Positions 48,448 through 57,467 of a stretch of DNA of 64,000 bases are shown here, piece by piece. Within the stretch, counting starts at the first letter, position 1, and each line of letters starts with the position of its first letter. Under the pieces are notes generated by a model that saw only the letters and a program-made list of their open reading frames with translations, was not told where the DNA came from and did not search any database. The stretch is from Thermoplasmata archaeon (GTDB lineage Archaea; Thermoplasmatota; Thermoplasmata; UBA10834). The stretch lies in the NCBI GenBank assembly GCA_020696395.1, contig JAEHCN010000001.1, positions 1,902-65,901 of the forward strand, written 5' to 3'. Position numbers and translations under genes: made by a program.

Positions 48448-49110
48448 TTAAAACTTCCTCTCATTCAAGGCCTGGAGTATTTCCTCGACAATCTCTCTTG
48501 GAGGCCGTGTCGAGTCAACCTGGACGATGGTAGGGTCCCGTTCTGCGAGTCTCAGGTAGTTGCCCTGGACCTCCTTCAGGAAATCCTCACGTTCGAACCT
48601 GGACAGCTCGCCCCTGTCGCCTATCCTGCCAAGGGCCTCCTCCGGGTCAACGATCAAGAGAAATGTCACGTCTGGGTGAATCGATATCCTGATGTTCGCG
48701 TCGAGGAGCCAATCGAAGTTGTCGCCCTGTGACTTCCTCCTCAGGTAGGCCGTCTGATACGCGACTGTGGAATGGTAGTACCTGTCGCAGACCACGATCT
48801 TACCGCTCTCGAGGTGGTTTGCGATCTCCGGCGTGTGATTGGCTCGATCCGCCATGAAGAGGAGCGCATCCAGGTAGGGGCTCACCTCCTCGGAATCCCC
48901 CTTGCGGACCGCCCTTCCGATCCAGGAATCCGTCGGTTCCCTCGTCAGAACGGCGCGAGGGCCCAGCCTGTCCGCAACGGTCTTGGCGACGGTGCTCTTA
49001 CCACAGCCATCGATCCCTTCGATAACCACGAATCCCGACATTCTGCTCAGCTCCGATTGGTCCCGCTCGTAGTTAACAGTTTCCGGGGCAGCGGTGAGAG
49101 TTGAGCGCAC
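48448..49110 (-). CDS. tmk: Thymidylate kinase
   Basis: P-loop EGIDGCGKST, a DRY-like motif (DRYYHS) and a lid region. Confidence 0.85.
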   Translation of the reverse strand: MRSTLTAAPETVNYERDQSELSRMSGFVVIEGIDGCGKSTVAKTVADRLGPRAVLTREPTDSWIGRAVRKGDSEEVSPYLDALLFMADRANHTPEIANHLESGKIVVCDRYYHSTVAYQTAYLRRKSQGDNFDWLLDANIRISIHPDVTFLLIVDPEEALGRIGDRGELSRFEREDFLKEVQGNYLRLAERDPTIVQVDSTRPPREIVEEILQALNERKF

Positions 49111-49202
49111 GCCAGTGTGTCAACAGACCCATGGTCGCCCCTTCTGACAGGTTATAAGTAGACTAAATACGGTTACACTTCATCTCGGGTGATAGACTGG
49201 TA

Positions 49203-49439
49203 GTGGCCTATGTACTGATAACGACAGCGACGGGCAAGGAGCTCTCCGTCCTGGACTGCATAAGGCAGCTTCCCGAGCTGTCGGAGGCACATCAACTCTT
49301 CGGCCAGTACGATATCATCACCCGCATGGAGACGGACAGTTACGACAAGCTGTGCGATGTCGTGCTCCAGAAGGTCAGGACAGTTCAGGGCGTCACGGGG
49401 TCCAGAACACTCATCTGCGCCAGTTTCAGGCGGGATTGA
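49203..49439 (+). CDS. Stand-alone Lrp/AsnC C-terminal (RAM) ligand-binding domain protein
   Basis: 78 aa matching the AsnC_trans_reg domain alone (YVLITTATGKE ... VQGVTGS) with no HTH. Confidence 0.55.
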   Translation: MAYVLITTATGKELSVLDCIRQLPELSEAHQLFGQYDIITRMETDSYDKLCDVVLQKVRTVQGVTGSRTLICASFRRD

Positions 49440-49448
49440 GACAACCGC

Positions 49449-50915
49449 TCACCGCGAGCCCGCGCCGTCGTCAGCCATTTTCTTCTCGTACGCGTTCCAG
49501 CTCAATATCATGTCCCGGGCAGCCTTCGCCTCGTCTATCCTCCTGCGGGCCGTGTTGTACGGAGCCCCTTTCAGGATCTCCGGGTCCTCCGCCATTATCT
49601 CTCTGCAGGCTTCCACGAACGAGTCGAGAGTTTCCTTCGTCTCGGTCTCAGTAGGTTCTATCATCAAGGCCTCGTCGACGATAAGAGGGAAGTAGACCGT
49701 TGGAGCGTGGAAGCCGTAATCGAGGAGCCGTTTGGCGAAGTCCGTCGTCCTCAACCCCTTCTGTTTGAGCGGGTTCCCACTCAGGACGAACTCGTGCTTT
49801 GTGAGGTCGCCGTAGGGCATATCGAAGATGCCCTTGAGCTTCTCCTTGAGGTAGTTGGAGTTCAGAACCGCTCCCTCAGATGCTCTCTCGAGTCCGTCCC
49901 CTCCGAGCATCCGGATGTAGGCATGCCCCCTGACGAGGACACCGAAATTGCCGTAGAACGCCCGGACCTTGCCGATGCTCCTCGGTCTGTCATGGTCCAG
50001 ACTGTAAACGCCATCCCTCTCTACGATCCTAGGCACGGGAAGGTACTCTTCGAGTGACGCTTTGACGCCGACTGGTCCCGCCCCGGGCCCTCCCCCTCCG
50101 TGAGGGGTGGCGAAAGTCTTGTGGAGGTTGAAGTGGACTATGTCGAAATCCATAGCGCCGGGCGAGGTCTTGCCCATGATGGCGTTCAGGTTCGCTCCAT
50201 CGTAATACAGGAGCGCTCCTGACTCATGGATGATCCTCGCAATCTCCGTTACGTCTTTCTCGAACAACCCTAGCGTGTTAGGGTTCGTCAGCATGAACGC
50301 GGCCGTGTCTTCGGATATGGTCGCCTTCAGCGCCTCGATGTCGACGCAGCCGTCTCTCGACGGCAGGTCGAGCACGTCATATCCGACCATCGCGGCGCTT
50401 GCGGGGTTTGTCCCGTGGGCCGTATCTGGCAGGATGACCTCTCTCCTGTCCTCCCCCCTGGATTCATGATGGGCCCTCACGATATGCATACCCGTGAACT
50501 CACCGTGCGCGCCTGCGGCAGGTTGCAGGGTCACGGCATCGACACCGCCGATCTCGCAGAGCATCTGCTCGAGCTCGTGCATGAGGGCGAGCGCACCTTG
50601 AACCGTGCCCGCGTCTTGGAGCGGATGGAGCCCTGCGACCGTCTCCCACCACGCGATCTCATCACATACCTTGGGATTATACTTCATCGTGCACGAGCCG
50701 AGCGGGTATAGGCCGTTGTCCACGCCGAAATTCATCTGCGAAAGGTTGATGAAGTGTTTCACGACCTCCCTCTCAGGGAGGTCTGGAAGGTTCAGACGGG
50801 ATCGCACCAGTTCATCCGGTAGCAGGTCGCCGACGTTCAGGTCATCGCTCTGCTCCGCGCCGTCGCACTCTTCCATGAGCAGGGGGACGTCGTAGACCGC
50901 TTGGTGATATCTCAT
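49449..50915 (-). CDS. gcvPB: Glycine dehydrogenase (decarboxylating) subunit 2
   Basis: From the internal ATG (50915) the product begins MRYHQAVYD..., with PLP-Lys region NLHKTF; 4-nt overlap with the gcvPA stop. Confidence 0.9.
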   Translation of the reverse strand: MRYHQAVYDVPLLMEECDGAEQSDDLNVGDLLPDELVRSRLNLPDLPEREVVKHFINLSQMNFGVDNGLYPLGSCTMKYNPKVCDEIAWWETVAGLHPLQDAGTVQGALALMHELEQMLCEIGGVDAVTLQPAAGAHGEFTGMHIVRAHHESRGEDRREVILPDTAHGTNPASAAMVGYDVLDLPSRDGCVDIEALKATISEDTAAFMLTNPNTLGLFEKDVTEIARIIHESGALLYYDGANLNAIMGKTSPGAMDFDIVHFNLHKTFATPHGGGGPGAGPVGVKASLEEYLPVPRIVERDGVYSLDHDRPRSIGKVRAFYGNFGVLVRGHAYIRMLGGDGLERASEGAVLNSNYLKEKLKGIFDMPYGDLTKHEFVLSGNPLKQKGLRTTDFAKRLLDYGFHAPTVYFPLIVDEALMIEPTETETKETLDSFVEACREIMAEDPEILKGAPYNTARRRIDEAKAARDMILSWNAYEKKMADDGAGSR

Positions 50916-52243
50916 CTCACTCCCTCCAGCGCGGCTAGGAGTCGGTCGTGATCCACCTGTGAGTGCATCTCCGTCGTTGCGTAGAGGGCGCAGCCCTTGA
51001 GCTCCGGAAACCATCTTTCGAGCGAGACGCCTCCGTGTATCCGTTTGTCCAGAAGGCTCTTCCTGACGTCCTCCGCTGGAACGCTGGACCTGACCGCAAA
51101 CTCGTTGAAGTGAGGTGCATCGAAGACGGGGGCGTCAAATCCGTCGACCGCGTCAATCCTCTTTGAGAGCGAGCGCATGTTCTCGAGGTTCCTGAGCGCG
51201 GTCCGCCTCAGGCCCGCCCTTCCGAGAACCGCGAGATGCGCCGCAACGGCAACCGCGAGCAGCGCCTCGTTCGTGCATATGTTTGAGGTGGCCTTGCTGC
51301 GCCTTATGTGCTGCTCGCGGGTCTGGAGTGTCATGCAGAAGGATCTTCTTCCCTCAGCGTCCTTTGTCATCCCTATCAGACGTCCGGGCATCTTCCTCAC
51401 GTGATCGGCCTTGCAGCCGAATATCCCTATCGACGGGCCGCCGTAGCTCATCGGCACGCCGAATACCTGGGCGTCGCCAACCACGATGTCGGCACCCGTC
51501 TCCCCAGGAGGTTTCACCAGCGCGAGGGCTAGTGGGTTGACGCCGACAACCATCGTCTTCTCACCAAGGACGTCCCGTATCTCCTTACAACCCGTTTCGA
51601 GAGGTCCGAGGAAGTTCGGCGTCTCGAAGTAGAATCCTGTGACATCGCTGCACATCTTCGATTCGAGGTCTAGGAGGTCCACTTGTCCCGTCTCGGATTC
51701 GTATGCTACCTCAACGATCTCGATGTCGGCCCCTCTGGCGTAGAGCTTGGCGACCTCCTTCCGCTCCGGACTGACCGACCGACTCATCAGAAACTTCTTT
51801 CCCCGTGCTATCCTGTGGCTCATCAGGACCGCTTCTCCGATGGCTGTGGATGCGTCGTACACGCTGGAGTTCATGTAATCCACGCCGGTGAGTTCCGCCA
51901 TGAACGACTGATACTCGAACTGCGCCTGGAGCATGCCCTGGCTGATCTCCGATTGATATGGCGTGTAGGATGTGATGAACTCCGACCTTGAGATGATGGT
52001 CTTCACCGCGGCCGGGATGAAGTGATGGTAGACCCCTGCTCCGAGGAAGCTGAGCCAGCGGGATGCCGGTTGATTAGTGGACAGATCCCTCTCCGTCTCG
52101 CGGATGAGATCGAGCTCACTCATCCCCGCCGGAAGCTTCAGTCCAGGGATTCGGACTTCCCGCGGTATGTCTTCGAAAAGGCTGTCGATCGAGCTGATTC
52201 CTAGCTCGGCGATCATCTGGGCAGAGCACTTGGACCGCTCCAT
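50912..52243 (-). CDS. gcvPA: Glycine dehydrogenase (decarboxylating) subunit 1
   Basis: GDC-P N-terminal half, 443 aa. Confidence 0.9.
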   Translation of the reverse strand: MERSKCSAQMIAELGISSIDSLFEDIPREVRIPGLKLPAGMSELDLIRETERDLSTNQPASRWLSFLGAGVYHHFIPAAVKTIISRSEFITSYTPYQSEISQGMLQAQFEYQSFMAELTGVDYMNSSVYDASTAIGEAVLMSHRIARGKKFLMSRSVSPERKEVAKLYARGADIEIVEVAYESETGQVDLLDLESKMCSDVTGFYFETPNFLGPLETGCKEIRDVLGEKTMVVGVNPLALALVKPPGETGADIVVGDAQVFGVPMSYGGPSIGIFGCKADHVRKMPGRLIGMTKDAEGRRSFCMTLQTREQHIRRSKATSNICTNEALLAVAVAAHLAVLGRAGLRRTALRNLENMRSLSKRIDAVDGFDAPVFDAPHFNEFAVRSSVPAEDVRKSLLDKRIHGGVSLERWFPELKGCALYATTEMHSQVDHDRLLAALEGVR

Positions 52244-52411
52244 GGTAGGCGTTCAATCGGAATCCACTGCTAAATCCTTTTTGCCTCCACAATTCGTAAG
52301 GCAAAAGCCTCACCAGTGTTGCGTAGTTGTCCAAAGGCATCTCGTCCGTCCCGCAAACCCCTTTCCCATTTCCGCCCTATGGCCTCTTCTCACAACGACA
52401 TGCTTTCGCGG

Positions 52412-52816
52412 TCAGGTACGCGTGGCCAACGCACGAAGCCGTTTGACGAACGCGGGCAGGCTCTCGATGTCTTTGATATCCTTCTTCGCCAAGATGACGA
52501 GCTGCATCCGTATGGAGTAGTTCACCTTGGTGCCGTTCGCCTCGAACGCCTCCTTCAGCCGTCTCGCGAGCTGCCCGCCCTTCCGGTCCCAGTCCGTCAG
52601 CATCACGACCGACGGCCAATCTCTCGATACGGTCTCGCAGAAAGTGAGCAGTGAGAGGCCCTTACTCAGGGTGATGATGTTGCTCTTCACCCCTAGGAGT
52701 TCCAGGGCCTCGATGTCCCGTTTCCCCTCGACGATCACGGGCATCTCCCGGCTCAACTCCTCCAGCTCGTCGATGACTTTGAGGGTCTCTTCCAGGCGTT
52801 CGGACGGCGAGAGCAT
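52412..52816 (-). CDS. Small Toprim-domain protein (COG1658-like)
   Basis: Toprim signature with conserved E (VIVEGKRD) and DxD (LTDWDRKG). Confidence 0.6.
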   Translation of the reverse strand: MLSPSERLEETLKVIDELEELSREMPVIVEGKRDIEALELLGVKSNIITLSKGLSLLTFCETVSRDWPSVVMLTDWDRKGGQLARRLKEAFEANGTKVNYSIRMQLVILAKKDIKDIESLPAFVKRLRALATRT

Positions 52817-52817
52817 T

Positions 52818-53123
52818 CTACTTCAACCCCAGTTTCGACTTGACATCTTCGGTGCTGACCGGGACGAACACGGATTTCCTGTGGGTCTTCGACCCCTTGA
52901 CCACGACGACGGCGCTCGCCGGGACCGACAGCTTGCGTGATAGGAACTCGACGAGCTCCGCATTGGCTGCACCGTCTTTCGGTTCTGCAGCTACCCTGAC
53001 CTGAATCGCTCCTCTCCACCCGTCTATCCCGCCAATCTCGGTCGATCTAGCCCCGGGAGAGACGATGAAGTACACCAGGCATCCGCCTCGGGTCTCCTTG
53101 ACGAATTCAGTCGGACGTTTCAT
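52818..53123 (-). CDS. DUF167/YggU-family protein
   Basis: Matches the YggU pattern (VSPGARSTEI...AAEPKDGAANAELVEFLS). Confidence 0.65.
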   Translation of the reverse strand: MKRPTEFVKETRGGCLVYFIVSPGARSTEIGGIDGWRGAIQVRVAAEPKDGAANAELVEFLSRKLSVPASAVVVVKGSKTHRKSVFVPVSTEDVKSKLGLK

Positions 53124-53210
53124 GGCGAGGCCCGTCGAGCTATCATCGCGCTCTGTATAACCTTTTTCCCAAGCTCGTCAACGCACAAGCATCAAATAGG
53201 TTGTTGATGC

Positions 53211-53885
53211 ATGCGCGAAGTGATGGCTGACAAGAGGGGGGACATGGGATACGAAGAGATCATGTCGCTTTTCAGACAGGAGTACCGGTCTCCTCAGCTG
53301 ACGAAGGTCGAGCCCTCCCTATACGACAAGATGAACCAATACCTCCGGAATCTTCGAAAGGAGAGCGAGCGGGAGATCACTGTCAACCCGAGCTCTCAGG
53401 CGAGTATGATGGTCAACGACCAGCTGAAGAAGGCGACCGAGAAGGTGAAGAGGGTGTACGAGCTTCGTCAGCGCAAGATAGCGCTCCTATCACTGAGACG
53501 AGTCGCCGGCGACAACCCTGAGACTGGCAACCTCACGCCCGACGAGTTGGTACTTTACTCCAGCCTGATATCCGTGTTAGGTGCTCATCAGGACAACAAC
53601 GCCGATTTCGAGAACACAGGGCCTAGGTTCTCCGATCCGAAAGACATCATAACCCTTCCAGATGCCCCTGAGAGCAAGGCCTCAGTCAAAGAGGAGGAGA
53701 CGTCTGAGCTAGAGGATGTGAAGGAGGACCTGGTTCTTGTCCGAGTGCTTGAGGATGTCCCGACCTTCGCCGGATTAGACAGGGACTACACTCTGAGGAA
53801 GGAGGACGTGGTCTCGTTGCCGAAGAATATCGCGGACACGCTGGCATCACACGGGAAGATAAAGAACATGAGCGCCTCGTCATAG
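53211..53885 (+). CDS. GINS-subunit-like protein (Gins51/Gins15-like), tentative
   Basis: An alpha-helical A-domain pattern (LYDKMNQYLRNL ... RQRKIALLSL) and a C-terminal small beta B-domain. Not a strong call. Confidence 0.45.
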   Translation: MREVMADKRGDMGYEEIMSLFRQEYRSPQLTKVEPSLYDKMNQYLRNLRKESEREITVNPSSQASMMVNDQLKKATEKVKRVYELRQRKIALLSLRRVAGDNPETGNLTPDELVLYSSLISVLGAHQDNNADFENTGPRFSDPKDIITLPDAPESKASVKEEETSELEDVKEDLVLVRVLEDVPTFAGLDRDYTLRKEDVVSLPKNIADTLASHGKIKNMSASS

Positions 53886-54725
53886 CGCGAACGGTCCGTT
53901 CTGGCAACCGTGCTCCGTCGGCGCAATCGAAGGTCGTGCCCCGCCCCCGCACAATACGCGCTTCTCGACAGCTTCCATCGCCAGGTCCACTGTGTTGTTG
54001 TCTTTGCTCAGATGAAGCAGTACTATCTGTTTGGTTCTCTCGCTGGTCATCTCAGAGCATAGCCTGCCGGCGTCTTCGTTCGATAGATGGCCGTGGTCCC
54101 CCGCGATGGCTGTCTTGAGGAAATACGGATAGCCCCCGTTCATGAGCATATCCTCGTCGTAATTGGCTTCTATCATGACCAGGTCGGAACCCCTCATCCC
54201 CTTCAGCACCTCTTCGGTCGGGGATCCAAGGTCGGAGGCAATCGATGCTCTTATTCCGTCGAGCGCGATCGAATATCCGACAGGCTCCGCCGCCAGGTGC
54301 CTCACCGGAAACGTGCGAATGCTGAGGTTGCCGACGCCAAACGTGCCGTGGCGTTCTATGGTTTTCGCATCGGTCCCTTCGAGAGGTGTGAGCGCCAATG
54401 TGCCCTCGGTGCCAAACACCGGGATGTCGTGGATGCTACAGAACCGCTTCGCACCTCTGTTGTGGTCTGTGTGTTCATGGGTGAGCAACACTGCATCGAT
54501 GTCTTGCGCCTCGGCGCCGAAGAGTGAGAGCCTCCGTTCCATCTCTTTGCACGATATCCCCGCATCGATCAGGACCGAGGTTTCGTTCGAACGGAATAGA
54601 ATCGAGTTGCCGCAGCTGCCGCTGCTCAGTACGGCTACAAACGGTCGGTGCATCCGACTGCCACTATAACCCCGTTGCTGATAAAACCTTTCCGTTCCGA
54701 TCCCGCCTCTGAGACGGGCTGTCAA
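53880..54725 (-). CDS. MBL-fold metallo-hydrolase
   Basis: HxHxDH motif (THEHTDH) and downstream metal ligands. Confidence 0.75.
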   Translation of the reverse strand: MTARLRGGIGTERFYQQRGYSGSRMHRPFVAVLSSGSCGNSILFRSNETSVLIDAGISCKEMERRLSLFGAEAQDIDAVLLTHEHTDHNRGAKRFCSIHDIPVFGTEGTLALTPLEGTDAKTIERHGTFGVGNLSIRTFPVRHLAAEPVGYSIALDGIRASIASDLGSPTEEVLKGMRGSDLVMIEANYDEDMLMNGGYPYFLKTAIAGDHGHLSNEDAGRLCSEMTSERTKQIVLLHLSKDNNTVDLAMEAVEKRVLCGGGARPSIAPTEHGCQNGPFAL

Positions 54726-54795
54726 GGTTCTGGTGCGGGTTCGGACGACATCGGTGCGTCGGGCCAGATGGGCTCTGGAAAACGTCCAAGCTCGA

Positions 54796-54807
54796 TAGAT
54801 TTATTAA
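54796..54807 (+). promoter_or_regulatory. TATA-like element upstream of tRNA gene
   Basis: tagatttattaa about 30 nt upstream of the tRNA 5' end. Confidence 0.35.
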
Positions 54808-54832
54808 CGGCGACCATATACTGCGAATTCGC

Positions 54833-54939
54833 GGGCCTGTAGCTCAGCTAGGTAGAGCAACCGGCTCTTACTGCGATACCTATCGGCTCTCTCAGGAGAT
54901 ACCGGTGGGTCAGGGGTTCGAATCCCTTCAGGCCCGCCA
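54833..54939 (+). tRNA. tRNA (anticodon CTT, Lys predicted) with 30-nt intron at canonical 37/38 position; CCA encoded
   Basis: Hand-folded cloverleaf:
- acceptor GGGCCUG/CAGGCCC
- D-arm GCUC-AGCUAGGUA-GAGC
- anticodon stem ACCGG/CCGGU with loop CU-CUU-A[intron]A
- variable loop GGGUC
- T-arm AGGGG-UUCGAAU-CCCUU
- discriminator G, then CCA. Confidence 0.8.
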
Positions 54940-55238
54940 TTCCTCTGCTTCCCTGCATACACAGGAGCGGCTGCGCGCGCCACCGGTGTCTTCTTCTGAA
55001 GGTCCGCTAACATACTTTGTCTTCATTGCTGAGCATGTGCGACCCATGGACGCCCATCACAGCTGACATAATGCAGGTCGAGTGATTCCTTGCGAGATTG
55101 CCATTCTCTCCTTCTCCAGAATGGAAATCGGCTGGAGTGGACTCAATGGTTTCAGTGTGCGAACTCCAGTGTGTGAGACGGAAGAAAACGTAAGGGGTTT
55201 AAACGGTCAGACCGTGGTATGTCTGAGCGGTTCCAGTC

Positions 55239-56414
55239 TCAGGAGCAGTAATCCGTTAGGAAGGCCCACCACCCGGTATCGATACCGAACTGCGTGTCGG
55301 CATACATCGGACCGTAGTAGTTCCAGTCTCCCTTCTTGGCCCAATACAGCGTGAGCCCCCTGCCGTCTGATATGTCTGGACTTGTGTGAACAGCAACCAC
55401 GGAAGCGTCGACGGCCGTGACCATTGCAGCAGTCGCAGCTCTCAGCTCCACATTGGTGAATCGGTTGTCGGCCAACAGCGTGTCCCCGAGGTCCGCCATG
55501 TCCACGAAGTACTTGGTTCCCCACGCCACATAGCTGTTCCTCAGAGCGTCTCGGTACACCCTACTGTACGATGCAAGGTTGTCGTGCATCAGACCGCACC
55601 AGGTTTGGATCGTCGCGGCGGAGCCACCGAGGGCAGCGACATCCACTGCCGAAAGGCTCACCCCGGTATACGTGCTCTCATCGTAAAACTCCCCCCAACC
55701 ATCGACCATGTCGAGTGCCAGCTGTGCGGGCGTCCTCGAAGGGTCGATGGCGACTGGCATGAGCATGTAGTCATAGGGGTACCCAAATACCGGTATGCCC
55801 TCTTCGGAGCCCACGAGATAGTCGACCAGACCGGTCGACCAGGCTTCGTAGACGACCTCTGTGTTGGCCATGTTGCACGCGTCGAACGAGAGGACGTCTA
55901 TTTGCACGCCCGCGTCCTCGATTGCGGCCTTCATCTCCGGCATGCGTATCCTGTCCCAGGATGTCTGGTCAAAGCTGAATTCCACCCATCCATAGCCGTG
56001 GTTCCAGCCTGTGACCGACAGCTTCTCGGACGGGTACAGGGTCGATACCTCGGTTAAGAACCAACTGAATGTAGCTCCATCCCCGAAGTTCATCTCGGGA
56101 TAACTGTTCACTACCTGCCAGGAGCCCCCTGATATCTCCACCAGTTCTGTCCCGTCCGTCTTGAGCCTGTCAATCATGGCGACTATCTTGATGTCGGAGT
56201 TGGCGGGCAAGCCCAACAGCCCGGGCAAGCTAGCCTCCTCCCAATATCTCTCAAGGTCGTTGTCGCCATTCACGTACAGGGCAAATGTCCACGACGCCAC
56301 GGTCTCCGCTTCGGCCTTGCCAGTCATAAGGAGGCCAGATGTCGACATCATGAACCCCAGAGCAAGCACTAGGCACACACTTCTCAATCTAGAACGCATC
56401 TTCCACACCCCCAC
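55239..56414 (-). CDS. Secreted clostripain-like (peptidase C11 family) protein
   Basis: N-terminal signal peptide, with YVNGDNDLE and LSFDACNM regions matching the C11 His and Cys dyad contexts. There is no C-terminal anchor, unlike the paralog at 2882. Confidence 0.6.
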   Translation of the reverse strand: MGVWKMRSRLRSVCLVLALGFMMSTSGLLMTGKAEAETVASWTFALYVNGDNDLERYWEEASLPGLLGLPANSDIKIVAMIDRLKTDGTELVEISGGSWQVVNSYPEMNFGDGATFSWFLTEVSTLYPSEKLSVTGWNHGYGWVEFSFDQTSWDRIRMPEMKAAIEDAGVQIDVLSFDACNMANTEVVYEAWSTGLVDYLVGSEEGIPVFGYPYDYMLMPVAIDPSRTPAQLALDMVDGWGEFYDESTYTGVSLSAVDVAALGGSAATIQTWCGLMHDNLASYSRVYRDALRNSYVAWGTKYFVDMADLGDTLLADNRFTNVELRAATAAMVTAVDASVVAVHTSPDISDGRGLTLYWAKKGDWNYYGPMYADTQFGIDTGWWAFLTDYCS

Positions 56415-56582
56415 TGTGAGACGCTCAGTCTTTGGACAGCAGCGTCTGTGAGGGTGAATCGATTTATCGGTAATTATAGATGCGCCGGCGTGACTCCGCC
56501 GAGGAAAGGTTAATGCAGGGGACGCTCATCATCGACATGCCACAGCCGCTCGAGCGTGTGGCGGCAGGAGATGCTGAATTCG

Positions 56583-57353
56583 ATGGCCCCCAAGAAACTC
56601 TATCTCGCAGGCACTGCCGGATGCGGCAAGAGCACACTGACTGGAGCCTTCCAACAGTGGATGCGGAATGAGGGATATGATGCGATCACCGTCAACCTCG
56701 ACCCTGGCGCCGACACGATGCCTTACGAGCCCGATGTCGATATCAGAGACTGGATCCGTCTTTCCGAGGTGATGGCCGAGTACGGCCTGGGACCGAACGG
56801 CGCCCAGATATTGGCGGCTGACATGCTGGCCCTCAACATGAATGAGGTCGTCGACGTTATCGACGGCTTCGACACGGACTACGTTCTAATCGACACGCCA
56901 GGTCAGCTTGAGCTGTTCGCCTTCCGCCAGAGCAGTCGGGTGATCCTGGACGCTCTGGACAGGGAATCGTCCGTCGTCGCGTTCCTTTTCGACCCTGTCA
57001 TTGCGAAGAACCCCAACGGCTTCGTGACATCACTCCTCCTGTCTGCCACGGTTCAGTTCAGGCTCACCGTCTCCATGGTTACGATGCTTGCGAAATCCGA
57101 CCTCCTCACCGAGTCCGAGAGACAGATGGTCGAGCGTTGGGGCGCGGACAAATATTCTCTCTGGAGCGACCTGTGTGACGAAGCCCCCAAAGACACACAG
57201 ACTCAGATCAACCTTGAGTTTCTGCAGGCGCTGGAGACGATGGGCGTTATCGGAGGCGTGGGGTTCACGAGCTCCGAGACATCGGAGGGTATCGCGGACA
57301 TTTATTGGGTCGTCCAGCAGCTGATGGAAGGCGGAGAGGATATCCAGAGGTAG
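56583..57353 (+). CDS. GPN-loop GTPase
   Basis: From M10 of the track ORF: P-loop GTAGCGKST, GPN-like loop (LDPGA) and DTPGQLE. Confidence 0.8.
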   Translation: MAPKKLYLAGTAGCGKSTLTGAFQQWMRNEGYDAITVNLDPGADTMPYEPDVDIRDWIRLSEVMAEYGLGPNGAQILAADMLALNMNEVVDVIDGFDTDYVLIDTPGQLELFAFRQSSRVILDALDRESSVVAFLFDPVIAKNPNGFVTSLLLSATVQFRLTVSMVTMLAKSDLLTESERQMVERWGADKYSLWSDLCDEAPKDTQTQINLEFLQALETMGVIGGVGFTSSETSEGIADIYWVVQQLMEGGEDIQR

Positions 57354-57467
57354 GCCTGGAGCAGCTCGCAGACTCTCACTGTCCCCCCTCGTGCGATGAT
57401 GGTACATGCAAATGCCTTAAGAACGAGTAGACCGTCAGCTTGACGTTCTGTCGTGAGGCGTCTCTGA

